From positions 1 to 64,000 of IMG/VR virus record IMGVR_UViG_3300020442_000017: a stretch of 64,000 bases of DNA. One strand, 5' to 3'. This document shows, piece by piece, positions 54,501-64,000 of this stretch. The notes beneath the pieces are model-generated. The model ran no database searches. It worked only from the letters and a program-made list of their open reading frames with translations, and was not told where the DNA came from. The DNA comes from a virus. The position numbers were made by a program, and so were the translations under genes. The stretch's first letter is position 1, and each line of letters starts with the position of its first letter.

Positions 54501-57500
54501 TACACGTGTACTACAACAGGGAGATATTGTACAATTCTCTGATACCGATGAAAATATTGTTCGCTGTATTGTTCAGTATCCAACAAAACCATCTGGTGTA
54601 TTGAAGTCAAGAATTTATTTTGACAGAGCACTTCCACAAAATGTCAGTAATACTAGTGTAGTTAGAATTCGTCCTAACATTAAAAACTTTAACCAAGGAA
54701 CTTTACTTTATAAGACAGGAACTAAACAAGTTTCTTCTATTGTAGCAACTAGTGAAGATTCTAAAATTACACATTATGTAAGAAGAGATTTTGTAAGCAC
54801 TGGTAGTTCTAGTGGTGGTAGTATTACATTTACCGCTCAACTTCCTTTTGGTACACAGAGATTTGTCTCCTTTAGTGAAAGTAATTTCCTAGTTACTATT
54901 CTAGAAAAAGGTAGTGCAACATCTATTGAAAAGGGAGATATCATTTACTTGACATCAGATCAAGTTAGTATTTCTGCATCTACTGATGCTGCGAGTGGAT
55001 TGACATCTGGTAGTGTTGTTTTAAGTCTCCCACAGACATTCTTTGGTGGAGATGCATCTAATTACACAGAGTTCCCTAAACTAAAATTAAGTGCCACACT
55101 TGAAGTATCAAAAGCAAAACCAAGACTTAAGACAGCAAAACTAAACACTAGAATTGTTATTGAATCTCCTGGCGATAGGGTTATTCCTTTCCGTGGAAAA
55201 AATTATGACACACAGAGTGTTGAGACATTTACATATGCTGATGCATTTAAGTTGAGATATGTATATGAAGGAACCACACAAGATCCACCAACTGTAGATG
55301 CAGGTGGTAATCTCGTCAGTGGAACTGATGTAACCAATAGATATACTTTTGACGATGGTCAAAGAGACACTGTATATGATGTTTCTAGAATTATCTTAAA
55401 GCCAGGCTTTGATGCACCTGTTGGTCAATTACTAATCGCATTTGATTATTTTGACCACACAACTGGTGATTTCTGTACTGTAGATTCTTATCTACATGAA
55501 GCAGGTGTTGGTGCTGATGAAATTCCATCATATAATTCACCTGCACTTGGTAAAGTATCTTTAGGTGATGTCTTAGACTTTAGACCTAAAGTAGATAATG
55601 ATGCTATTATTTCTGGTTATCAAGATAGTTCTCTACTAGGTTCAGTTAATACCAGATCATTTGCTGGTGGTGGTGGTATTGTTTCCAGCACCCCTGCACC
55701 TGATTCTAACCTAGAGTTTACATTCTCATTCTCTCAGACTCAATATCTCAGCAGAATTGATGGTCTTTTCTTAGATAAGAAAGGTAAGTTTTATGTTAAG
55801 GAAGGCAATTCTTCATTAAATCCAACTAGACCTGAATCTATTGAAGATTCAATTGCATTGTACTACATGTACATTCCTGCATTTACACAGAGTAGTAAAG
55901 ATGTAAGAATTGTACCAGTAGATCATAAACGCTATACAATGCGTGATATTGGTAAACTAGAGAAGAGAATTGAAAGATTAGAGTACTATACAACACTTAG
56001 TATTCTAGAGCAGCAAGCCTTGAATATGCAAGTTATTGATGGCAATGGTAATAATAGATTCAAGAGTGGTTTCATTGTAGACAATTATGAGACACACAAG
56101 ATTGGTAATCTAAAATCCATTGACTATAAGTGCTCTGTTGATACTCAACAGTCTGTAATGAGACCTCAGTCAAAAGAAGATTCTTTCATGTTGGAAGAGA
56201 TCAATACAAGAAATGATCAAAGAACTTCTGCTGGTTATGTTAGGAATGGTGATCGTGTTACATTACCATTTACTGAATTGGAAATGGTTAAGAATGAGTT
56301 TGCTACCAAGACAATTAATCCCAACCCATTTGTAGTTCTACAATATGCTGGTGATTCATTTATTGGACCCAATGTAGATTCTTGGTATGATACTAGTGTT
56401 GAACCACTAGTTACAGATAATAACACCAATCTATATTCTATCTTTATTGCAAAAGATAATATTAAAGATGCATTTTCAAGTCTTTACAATTCATATAAAG
56501 TAAATTGGTTGGGTGCAAATAGATCATTCTTTAACATTGAGTCTTTTGCGGATACAAATTCTGATCTATCAGGATCAAATGTTACTAGTGCTTCTGTTTC
56601 TAGTTCTTCTAACGTAAGTCCTGACAACAATGAGATTGGTAAGGGTATTTCAACTAAGGGTGTTGGTTCTAATGTTGTTGCAACATCACTATCATTCTTT
56701 GCTAGAAGTATTCCTCTTAAATTTGTAATCAATCGTTTAAAACCAAATACAACTGTATATCCTTTCATGGAAGGTCAGGATATCTCTCGTTGGGTCAATT
56801 CTGATTCTAAGTATACAGGTATTGCTGGCAATTCTTTGTCATCTTTCAATACTCCTATTAAAACTGATGCAAATGGTAATGCTAGTGGAATTATTCTAGT
56901 TCCTGCTGGTCAACCACCAAGAGAAAACAGTGTTTGGGGTGGTAGTGCTGAGAATTTAGATTACGATACAGATTCAGTTGAAGTTAGATTTACAACTGGT
57001 GTAAAAACTATTAGATTTACTTCTAGTAAAACTGATGCTCCCAAAGAGGATGTAGAGACATACGCAGAAGTTAAATTCTATGCAACTGGTCTTCTTCCTG
57101 AGAATCCTGCATCTATCGTTTCCACTGCACCTGCTTTCTTCAAAGCAAATGAGGGAACACAGACAACTGATAGCAATACAGAAAATCCAATCAAACCAAA
57201 TCCACTTGCTCAGACATTTACTGTTGATGGATTTGATGGTGGTATTTTTGCAACTAGTGTTGATCTATTCTTCTCAACTAAGAGTGAAAATATTCCAATT
57301 AGAGTATACCTAACAGATATTCAAAATGGTAAACCAGGTAAAAATATTCTACCTGGCACACAGAAAGTTCTTAATCCAGACACCTATCTAAGAGTTCTTG
57401 CCAGTGACACGCTTGAAGTAACTAAGGGAGAAAAAGTTACTGGTCAATCATCAAATGCTTCTGGTCCTATTTCAAAAGTATTTGATAAGAATAATATTGA

Positions 57501-60000
57501 ACTAACACCAACATCTACTGGTGTGTTCTCACTATCAAATGATCAGGTATTTACTTTAGTTCTTGATAATCATACTGGAACATCTTTTAAACAGGATGAA
57601 ACATTAACAATTCCTTCTGTTACTGCTGCTAATAATGCAAACAATACATCTTTATCACTAAAGATTGTTAAAGATTCTGGTAGAGTTACAGGTTTAACTG
57701 TCAAAGACACAGGAACTTCATATAATTCTGCAATTATTACTTTGGAAAGTCCACAGTTACCTGGTGGCGGTGGTGCTACTGCTACTGTTAGAGTTTCTAA
57801 TGGTAAAGTATATCATTCAGATATTGTCTTATCAGGTTCTGAGTATACAGAACCACCAGCAGTTATTATTAGAGGAACTGGAACAGGTAATTCTGGTGCT
57901 GTAATTGAGTCTTCAATTACTATTGATACACCAGCAGTTCGCATGGGTATTTCTATTGACCAAGATGGAACAACCAATTCTACAGTTCCAACTAACTTTA
58001 AATTTGATTACCCTGTATATCTACAAAATGACACTGAGTATGCTCTAGTTCTTGAAACAGATTCTATTGATTACAAAGTATGGGCATCTAAACTAAGTGA
58101 AACAGATGTTGCAACGAGTAAAACTGTTGCTGCTCAACCTGCACTAGGTTCTCTATTTAAGTCTCAGAATACTAATTCTTGGACTGAAGATCTCTTTGAG
58201 GATCTTAAGTTTACATTACACCGTGCTAAGTTTGATGTTTCTAGAACAGCAGAACTTCTACTCACAAATGAAGATCTTGGTTATGAATTGCTAGATGTCA
58301 ATCCTATTGAGACTAATTCAAATTCTCAATCTGGTGCAACATCTAATCTATTTAAAAATAACAGATCTGTTATTAAGGTTAATCATTTCAACAATGGATT
58401 TAGTGCTGATGGAGAATCTTACGTATTCTTTAAGGGCGGTCTTGATGTTGGTGGTATTGTTAAGTCTGAACTAAATGATACTTTATATCAAGTTACTAAT
58501 GTTGGTATTGATAGTTACAATATTATCTCTGTAAATAAAGCAACTAGCAGTGCATTTGGCGGTGGTTCTTCACTATTCGCTTCTTATAATAGAAAGTTTG
58601 AAAAATTACATGCTATTGTTCCTACATTAGAATTCGCTGATACAAAGATTGAGAGTTTTGTTAAGACAACTAACATTAAACCTATTGACGATAATGTAGG
58701 AACATTCGCTACATATAGTCAACCTGATTATGAGAAGACATTCTTGAATGAAGATTTCTTCTTTATTAATCAAAAGGTATTGGCATCTAGAGTTAATGAA
58801 AGTCTTAATAATGTTGATAGATCATTAACTTATAAAATTATGATTTCAAGTGAGCAAGATACTCTTTCTCCACTAGTTGATTTAAGTAGAGCATCACTAA
58901 AAACTATTAGTAATAGAATTGAGAATGCTGAGGGCAAAGAATCTAGATATGGTCGCAGAGATCAAGTACTAGAATTCTTCCCTGTTTGGAGTTTTGTTGT
59001 CACTAATACTTCAGGAGTTGCTATTACTGAAAATCAAAGAGTTTCAGGTTTAACTACAAATGCTTCTGGAACAATTCTAAAAGTAGATGGTTCTACTTTA
59101 ATTGTAAGAGTTGATACAGTCAATACTTTTGTACAAGGTGAAGGACTTAAATTTGCAGATTCTGCTTTAAATCCTGACACATCTGGTGCAAATGCAGGTA
59201 TTCCAAAAGTAACAGTAACACCATCTCAAGGTAATGTAACTGAAGTTGTCCCTGTCATTCCTAATGAGTCTTCTCCACAATCAACAGTGTTTGTTAGAGA
59301 TGCATCTCAGTTGAATGAAAATTACGATAATAAGATTAGTGGTACAGTTGTACTATGGAATCAGAATAATAAAATTCTAACTATTATCAATAATAAAAAA
59401 CCACTTGGTGATGACTACACATCTGCTAGTGGATCTGGACAGTTCTCCAGAGTTGCTGTTGGTGTATCACCAGCTCAAGAAAGTGATATCATTCGTGTTG
59501 GTGATATTATTGGTTGGACAAATCAAACTGCTGGTGAAGAAAATTATCTAATGGTTTCTAATGTATCTTATACTGATGGTATTGATTTTGTTTCTGATAT
59601 TCAATCTAAAGGAACTAGTAGTGCTGCTTCTTATGTTACCAAAGAAGTTTCTATCACAAATCCTGCAACAGGAATTGATGTTAGAATGACTGCTAACACT
59701 GTTGATATTGAAAATATTGAAGTTCTTTACAGGGTTAAAAAATCATCCTCTGAAGATAATTTTGAAGATCTTGAATGGGTATACTTCAACGAAACTGGTT
59801 TGCCAGATGTTGATCTAATTGCAACTGCTGAAAATTCAATCAGTGGTATCACTGAGAAACAAGAAGAATATCAAGAACTTTCTTATAGTGTTGATAACTT
59901 ACCTGAATTCTCATCGTTTGCTGTCAAAGTTGTTATGAAGACAAGCAATCCAGCGTTTGTACCAAAAGTACAAGATCTACGTGCAGTAGCATCATACTAA
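51541..60000 (+). CDS. Large virion structural protein (VrlC/DUF4815-like, 2819 aa)
   Basis: MPQ.TNLN..PYYDDF..KNFYKVLFRPG..QARELTQLQS.LQNQ; LARRTYDESGDY; RYTMRDIGKLEKRIERLEYYT; PLAQTF.V. Confidence 0.85.
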   Translation: MPQKTNLNVTPYYDDFSQTKNFYKVLFRPGYSIQARELTQLQSVLQNQIESFGKYAFKQGELVIPGEVGINTKLPYVKLSSVSEIPINVDGKIVYKKYDITQLRGLVLRGNTSGVTATVIDANVATDTASDVLYVNYTNSGDASNEVTFRQGETLEVVDGVNTPLMVVGTDGSVLPTSISITDPDTGASSTLESTAMGFASAVKVEEGIYFVNGYFVRNAEQLLIIDPYYNKPSAKVGFKIIESVVTAEEDNSLYDNAIGSSNFSAPGANRLSITLDLVKYNLDVSTDKNFIQILTVRKGAVQSQIVQTDYNLLEQTLARRTYDESGDYVVEDFSLDVREYYQEDGNLGVYGQDEFGLVNGLSVSDAKDKLIASVSSGKAYVKGFEIVNKETKYLPVSKARETLDREDIRKKTTGLPTYRITNTYGSTPLNADGGDLTAYPNVFLSSVFNDGSVGLNGSEADNDSKQTTSRRGHFFDQNQGIKTVYVQKEPNINLSTLNGASSGVGTFANNGVADSSRTAGTYTNVTTTTAQNGTGATFDIVVAADGTPTITLNQAGTGYASTDTLSIIDGNLGGGGGADITITVSTISGVDATDTFDERLTALSTLYWVQGRNVSGVPNTISPIDVIAYSEVSRPELDDPASTPETYLELTLAGDKNLLDKFFTEYDAENSGDNGIRELFRTKVDGENDQNRFGIIRDYNETITPVIGIAKPSNFTLVEKGTGFNTDTDIILSKGKLSDGTSVYNSIFGLSYFDPQFFTKLLLDDSTETTGGFTPGQYVYGVTSGAYGVVEGSSTGSFSKNKVLMVKTLFGTFKSGEIIRDENNNSVRIAQDNTISHFIVTFQGVGYESTGCSLKIDGVDYDSSKIELDISTSKKVLQANIISREFVNVEYSKPPTVLVNQKAGNAAPSKAAKITPVLVRNAVTTFTPQNVKSFYAEFGSGNSNVFTSDIEINNDQYVESIPVTNFTFGGEKGNKFIECNGFGGDSTRVLQQGDIVQFSDTDENIVRCIVQYPTKPSGVLKSRIYFDRALPQNVSNTSVVRIRPNIKNFNQGTLLYKTGTKQVSSIVATSEDSKITHYVRRDFVSTGSSSGGSITFTAQLPFGTQRFVSFSESNFLVTILEKGSATSIEKGDIIYLTSDQVSISASTDAASGLTSGSVVLSLPQTFFGGDASNYTEFPKLKLSATLEVSKAKPRLKTAKLNTRIVIESPGDRVIPFRGKNYDTQSVETFTYADAFKLRYVYEGTTQDPPTVDAGGNLVSGTDVTNRYTFDDGQRDTVYDVSRIILKPGFDAPVGQLLIAFDYFDHTTGDFCTVDSYLHEAGVGADEIPSYNSPALGKVSLGDVLDFRPKVDNDAIISGYQDSSLLGSVNTRSFAGGGGIVSSTPAPDSNLEFTFSFSQTQYLSRIDGLFLDKKGKFYVKEGNSSLNPTRPESIEDSIALYYMYIPAFTQSSKDVRIVPVDHKRYTMRDIGKLEKRIERLEYYTTLSILEQQALNMQVIDGNGNNRFKSGFIVDNYETHKIGNLKSIDYKCSVDTQQSVMRPQSKEDSFMLEEINTRNDQRTSAGYVRNGDRVTLPFTELEMVKNEFATKTINPNPFVVLQYAGDSFIGPNVDSWYDTSVEPLVTDNNTNLYSIFIAKDNIKDAFSSLYNSYKVNWLGANRSFFNIESFADTNSDLSGSNVTSASVSSSSNVSPDNNEIGKGISTKGVGSNVVATSLSFFARSIPLKFVINRLKPNTTVYPFMEGQDISRWVNSDSKYTGIAGNSLSSFNTPIKTDANGNASGIILVPAGQPPRENSVWGGSAENLDYDTDSVEVRFTTGVKTIRFTSSKTDAPKEDVETYAEVKFYATGLLPENPASIVSTAPAFFKANEGTQTTDSNTENPIKPNPLAQTFTVDGFDGGIFATSVDLFFSTKSENIPIRVYLTDIQNGKPGKNILPGTQKVLNPDTYLRVLASDTLEVTKGEKVTGQSSNASGPISKVFDKNNIELTPTSTGVFSLSNDQVFTLVLDNHTGTSFKQDETLTIPSVTAANNANNTSLSLKIVKDSGRVTGLTVKDTGTSYNSAIITLESPQLPGGGGATATVRVSNGKVYHSDIVLSGSEYTEPPAVIIRGTGTGNSGAVIESSITIDTPAVRMGISIDQDGTTNSTVPTNFKFDYPVYLQNDTEYALVLETDSIDYKVWASKLSETDVATSKTVAAQPALGSLFKSQNTNSWTEDLFEDLKFTLHRAKFDVSRTAELLLTNEDLGYELLDVNPIETNSNSQSGATSNLFKNNRSVIKVNHFNNGFSADGESYVFFKGGLDVGGIVKSELNDTLYQVTNVGIDSYNIISVNKATSSAFGGGSSLFASYNRKFEKLHAIVPTLEFADTKIESFVKTTNIKPIDDNVGTFATYSQPDYEKTFLNEDFFFINQKVLASRVNESLNNVDRSLTYKIMISSEQDTLSPLVDLSRASLKTISNRIENAEGKESRYGRRDQVLEFFPVWSFVVTNTSGVAITENQRVSGLTTNASGTILKVDGSTLIVRVDTVNTFVQGEGLKFADSALNPDTSGANAGIPKVTVTPSQGNVTEVVPVIPNESSPQSTVFVRDASQLNENYDNKISGTVVLWNQNNKILTIINNKKPLGDDYTSASGSGQFSRVAVGVSPAQESDIIRVGDIIGWTNQTAGEENYLMVSNVSYTDGIDFVSDIQSKGTSSAASYVTKEVSITNPATGIDVRMTANTVDIENIEVLYRVKKSSSEDNFEDLEWVYFNETGLPDVDLIATAENSISGITEKQEEYQELSYSVDNLPEFSSFAVKVVMKTSNPAFVPKVQDLRAVASY

Positions 60001-60209
60001 TGAAACATATAAAAGTGAAGAATGAAAACCACCTGTATCGTGATAGTGATACAGGTGCAATCATAAATACCGATAGGTCTTCGTTTGAGAAGTATAAGAG
60101 ATCTAAATTAAAGTTTCAAAGTATGGAACAAGAATTAGATCATCTTAAAAGTGAGATAAGCGAGATTAAATCACTATTAAAAGAGATAGTAAAGTCCAAT
60201 GGTACTTAG
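60000..60209 (+). CDS. Small coiled-coil protein
   Basis: LYRD..TGAIIN.D followed by heptads; typical neighbour of the VrlC-like gene. Confidence 0.75.
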   Translation: MKHIKVKNENHLYRDSDTGAIINTDRSSFEKYKRSKLKFQSMEQELDHLKSEISEIKSLLKEIVKSNGT

Positions 60210-61800
60210 AAATGTAGCCAAATCATTCTCATTTGAGGAACAGAGGCAAGAAATTAATTTACTTGCTGTAGATGTTGATAGCATCGCAACTAATATTGCT
60301 TCCATGACCTTGGTTAATGAGAGTAATCCTAAGTTGGGTGCAAATCTAGATCTCAATAATAATAGTATCACAGGTACTGGTGATATTAATCATAATGGAC
60401 AGTTAACTACTGGTAGCATCTTAACTTCTGCATCTCTCAATAATAAAGGATCCATTCAGTTTGGAACTGCGGATGCTTATTCTCTTGGGCACATGCCTAA
60501 CAATAGCAACTTTGCATTTTCACAACTACATGGCGGTAGTTACTTATTCTATACTAATGCTAGTACGATTCCACTTCAGATTGATCCAACATTAGTTGAT
60601 GTCAATGTAAACCTAGATGTTACTGGAACCATAACTGCATCTGGAACCATAACTGCATTGGGTGGTAATTCTACTTACTGGAATAATGCACATAGTTGGG
60701 GAGATCATTCTTTAGCAGGATATTTAACATCAGAAACTCAATCTGATTGGAATGAATCTGATACTAGCAATCCAGCACATATTTTAAATAAACCAAATCT
60801 CTTTGATGGTACTTGGGGATCACTTTCTGGTAAACCAACATTTGCAACTGTTGCTACTAGTGGAGATTATAACGATTTATCCAATACACCTACACAAGCT
60901 AGTCAAGTTCAATCTAATTGGGGAGAAACAGATTCTAATAACGTTGCATTTATTAAGAACAAACCTACTATCCCAACTATCCCATCAAATGTTAGTGCCT
61001 TTAATAATGATGTAGGATACAAAACCACAGATAACAACACAACATATACTTTAGATGCTGGAACGCATGGTGCTTCTGATGCAAAGTTAACGTTGCTTGG
61101 AAGTACTTCTACTATTGATAATGTTATCTTAACTGCTGGAACTGGTATTGCTTTTAGCTCAATTGGCAGTGGTGGATTTACAATTTCAACTTCTTTAAGT
61201 ATTGGAAATCTAACCGACGTTAATGTTTCTGGTGTCACCACAGGACAAGTATTGAAGTGGAGTGGAACTCAATGGGCTCCTGCTGATGACACTCAAGGAT
61301 CTGGGGGAGGTGGTTTCTCTGGAGATTATAACGATCTAACTAACAAACCTACACTTTATACTAATAGTGATGTTAATGCTCATTTAAACACATCTACTGC
61401 TGGTACAGGACAAATTTTAAGTTGGAATGGTAGTGATTATGACTGGGTAAATGATCAGCAAGGTGGTAGTGGTAGTGGTTCTAATTTAGAAAGTTTAAAC
61501 GATGTTGCTTGGAGTGGTTTAAATCCCAATCCTCAAAATGGTCAAGTATTACAACACAATGGATCTAACTGGACAAATAACACATTAGATTTACCAGATA
61601 AGATTGAAGATTTAAGTGATGTATCTAATGCAGCACCGCAGGATGGTCATATTTTGAGATGGGATGCTGGAAATAATGTTTGGTTACCAGGATCTGATGA
61701 TATTGATTCTCTCTACACAAAGTTAAACGCAATAGGAAATGATGCCAGCATTACTACTGTTGCTGGGCTTAAGTCTGCTCTTGCAGCATTGAGTCGTTAA
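60199..61800 (+). CDS. Tail/whisker fibre-like protein A
   Basis: LRNV.K.FSFEEQR.EIN N-terminus; QSDW..ILNKP, SGDYNDL.NKP and L.DV...GQVL.W.G..W repeats. Confidence 0.8.
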   Translation: MVLRNVAKSFSFEEQRQEINLLAVDVDSIATNIASMTLVNESNPKLGANLDLNNNSITGTGDINHNGQLTTGSILTSASLNNKGSIQFGTADAYSLGHMPNNSNFAFSQLHGGSYLFYTNASTIPLQIDPTLVDVNVNLDVTGTITASGTITALGGNSTYWNNAHSWGDHSLAGYLTSETQSDWNESDTSNPAHILNKPNLFDGTWGSLSGKPTFATVATSGDYNDLSNTPTQASQVQSNWGETDSNNVAFIKNKPTIPTIPSNVSAFNNDVGYKTTDNNTTYTLDAGTHGASDAKLTLLGSTSTIDNVILTAGTGIAFSSIGSGGFTISTSLSIGNLTDVNVSGVTTGQVLKWSGTQWAPADDTQGSGGGGFSGDYNDLTNKPTLYTNSDVNAHLNTSTAGTGQILSWNGSDYDWVNDQQGGSGSGSNLESLNDVAWSGLNPNPQNGQVLQHNGSNWTNNTLDLPDKIEDLSDVSNAAPQDGHILRWDAGNNVWLPGSDDIDSLYTKLNAIGNDASITTVAGLKSALAALSR

Positions 61801-61802
61801 AA

Positions 61803-61809
61803 CTAAATA
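61803..61809 (+). promoter_or_regulatory. T4-type late promoter-like motif (CTAAATA)
   Basis: Upstream of ATG 61835. Confidence 0.5.
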
Positions 61810-61834
61810 TAATGATAGGATGATATAGTATCAA

Positions 61835-64000
61835 ATGGCAGTACTCAGAAATGTACCAAAGACGTTTTCTTTTGAAGAACAACGCATAGAAATTAATGAG
61901 ATTGCACAAGATCTCTATTCACTTAGTAGTGGTAATTTAACACAGTTTTCTGTTACTGTTAGTGCTGCCAGTGGCAATGGTAATTTAACCTATGATAATA
62001 CTACTGGGGTATTTGATTACACGCCACCAAATATTTCATCTACTTTTTCTGGAGATTATAACGATCTAAGTAACAAACCTACACTATTCTCTGGAGATTA
62101 TAACGATCTAAGTAATAAACCTACACTATTCTCTGGATCCTATAATGATTTAAGTAACAAACCTACAATATTCTCTGGATCCTATAATGATTTAAGTAAC
62201 AAACCTACTATACCAATAACTTTAAATGATCTTAGTGATGTAGATGCAACAACTGGAGTAGCAAACGGTAAGATACTTAAGTATAATGGAAGTGGTTGGG
62301 AAGTAGCAGATGATCAATCAGGTGGTGGAGGATCTTCTTATACTAATTCTAATGTAGATACTCATCTGAATGTTAGTGGTGCTTCTTCAGGTCAAATCCT
62401 CAGTTGGAATGGATCTGACTATGTTTGGGTAGCAGATCAGACTGGTGGAGGTGGTAGTAGCAACGTATCAGCTATTAATGATCTAAGCGATGTTGTTATT
62501 AGCAATAGTCCCACTGCTGGTCATGTAATTAAATGGGATCAAACTACTAGTAAGTGGACCAACCAACCAGATATGACTGGGCAAGGTGGATCTGATTATC
62601 AAATTTATAATTTTACTGTAGATGTATCAAACTCATCATATTTTACGATAAGTGGTCATGATAGAGTGGGTGGTGTTAGTGGTAACAATCCTACTATCAC
62701 TATGAATGAAGGTGATAGAATCAGATTTGCTGTATACAATAGTGGAACAAATCACACATTTGAGATTAGAGTAAGTGCTGGTGGTGCCGAAGTTAGCAAT
62801 TCAGCTCCAACTAAAACTACTCATGGTGGGGGAGATTATATTGAATGGGCACCACAAGTTGCTAGTGGAGGATCTGCTGGATCATATGTTTATGAATGTG
62901 ATAACCACAGCAGTATGGTTGGGGTAATTACAGTTCGTCCTAGAAATACTATTAATGAATTTGATACTCTGCAAACTGTAACTGCGAGAGGTAGTACTAC
63001 AACTAATGGAATAACACTTAGTACAAGTAATCTTATTCTAGATTCTGCTAATGATCAACGTGTTCAACATAATGTTAGTGGAGTAGAAAAATCTAAGATC
63101 ATTTGGAGAAGCACTGGTGCTGTAGATTTCTATGCTTCAAATGGCATGAGTTTCTTTGCCACTAGTAATACATCTCCTAACAATAGAAGATTACAACTCC
63201 TTACTGGTGGTGGTGTAATACTTGAATGGCAGAATAATACACGACTTGAAACTACTTCTACTGGTGTAACTATTAGTGGTGTTCTAACTGCTGGTGGTCT
63301 TACCTATCCAAACTCCAACGGAACTAGCGGCCAGGTCTTGTCTAGTGATGGCACAGGAAATGTAGCATGGTCTACGGTGTCTATTCCTGCTGCACAAGTT
63401 AATTCTGACTGGAGTGCTACATCAGGTCTTGCTGAAATTCTTAACAAACCATACCTTCCTACATTTTCAACTACCAATCCCTCTGATGGTCAGATTCTAA
63501 CATGGAATGCAACCAGCAGTGAATGGCAACCTGATAATGTAAGTTCTGGTTCAGTCACTTCAATTAATGATATTGGTGATGTCAATGTTCCCAATCCTAC
63601 AGATGGACATGTTTTAAAGTGGAACGCTTCTACTAGTAAGTGGATTGCATCTGCTGATTTAACTGCAACTGGTGGTGCTGGTATTGCATTAGCAGATCTT
63701 TCTGTAACTACTAACTCAGCAGGTACAGCAGCATTAACATACAGTAATACAACTGGTGTATTCAGTTACACACCACCAGACCTTAGTGGATACTTAACAT
63801 CACTTGGAGACGCTGCTGGTGTTACTACTGCTAAAATTTCTAATTGGGATGATGCGTACAGTTGGGGTGATCATAGTTTATCTGGATATGCAACACAAAC
63901 CTTTGTCAACACTGCACTAACCAATTTAAACAATTGGGATACTGCATATGGTTGGGGTGATCATAGTGCTGCTGGATATCTAACATCATACACCGAAAAT
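61835..64000 (+). CDS. Tail/whisker fibre-like protein B (3'-truncated) with a cupredoxin-like domain
   Basis: Not in the ORF track because no stop falls in the window; read manually MAVLRNVPKTFSFEEQRIEIN...; paralogous to 60199-61800. Confidence 0.85.
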   Translation, partial: MAVLRNVPKTFSFEEQRIEINEIAQDLYSLSSGNLTQFSVTVSAASGNGNLTYDNTTGVFDYTPPNISSTFSGDYNDLSNKPTLFSGDYNDLSNKPTLFSGSYNDLSNKPTIFSGSYNDLSNKPTIPITLNDLSDVDATTGVANGKILKYNGSGWEVADDQSGGGGSSYTNSNVDTHLNVSGASSGQILSWNGSDYVWVADQTGGGGSSNVSAINDLSDVVISNSPTAGHVIKWDQTTSKWTNQPDMTGQGGSDYQIYNFTVDVSNSSYFTISGHDRVGGVSGNNPTITMNEGDRIRFAVYNSGTNHTFEIRVSAGGAEVSNSAPTKTTHGGGDYIEWAPQVASGGSAGSYVYECDNHSSMVGVITVRPRNTINEFDTLQTVTARGSTTTNGITLSTSNLILDSANDQRVQHNVSGVEKSKIIWRSTGAVDFYASNGMSFFATSNTSPNNRRLQLLTGGGVILEWQNNTRLETTSTGVTISGVLTAGGLTYPNSNGTSGQVLSSDGTGNVAWSTVSIPAAQVNSDWSATSGLAEILNKPYLPTFSTTNPSDGQILTWNATSSEWQPDNVSSGSVTSINDIGDVNVPNPTDGHVLKWNASTSKWIASADLTATGGAGIALADLSVTTNSAGTAALTYSNTTGVFSYTPPDLSGYLTSLGDAAGVTTAKISNWDDAYSWGDHSLSGYATQTFVNTALTNLNNWDTAYGWGDHSAAGYLTSYTEN
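62045..62212 (+). repeat. 4 x 42-bp in-frame tandem repeat (FSG[DS]YNDLSNKPT[LI])
   Basis: Units at 62045, 62087, 62129 and 62171; a near-identical unit at 61315-61356 in the upstream paralogue. Confidence 0.95.

Noticed and set aside
1087-61241. Many minus-strand and alternate-frame ORFs of 60-190 aa in the ORF track
   Set aside because: They shadow long, codon-biased + strand genes and have no SD, promoter or recognisable motifs.
60199-64000. Diversity-generating retroelement in the paralogous fibres
   Set aside because: No reverse transcriptase; differences between repeats are not adenine-specific.

Overview
64-kb fragment of a large T4-like cyanophage (cyanomyovirus) genome; every credible gene is on the + strand. 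(1) 1-22.6 kb: a 5'-truncated giant virion protein (>4460 aa), three tandem tail-collar fibre proteins and a tail-fibre chaperone. (2) 22.6-36.4 kb: an early/host-takeover island of about 45 small genes (pyrE, a Zn deaminase, two 2OG-Fe(II) oxygenases, an HEXXH peptidase, a PD-(D/E)XK-like nuclease, a DUF3574-like protein, two KTSC-like proteins). Thirteen copies of a palindrome+sigma70 promoter cassette drive it. It contains a 450-bp non-coding locus with four perfect cyanobacterial DnaA boxes, a promoter and an AT-rich element (candidate origin). (3) 36.5-64 kb: PAAR, a third 2OG oxygenase, a minimal SET-domain protein, baseplate gp25-gp6-gp7-gp8, a 2819-aa structural protein and two paralogous fibre genes (the last 3'-truncated). 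Most striking: six phycobiliprotein-like helical domains in virion proteins that keep both bilin-attachment-type cysteines; a perfectly nested (bracket-like) domain architecture in the giant protein; a circularly permuted alpha/beta hydrolase inserted in a tail-collar domain; and a type-1 copper site in a fibre. All family assignments are by-eye motif recognition; no database search was run.
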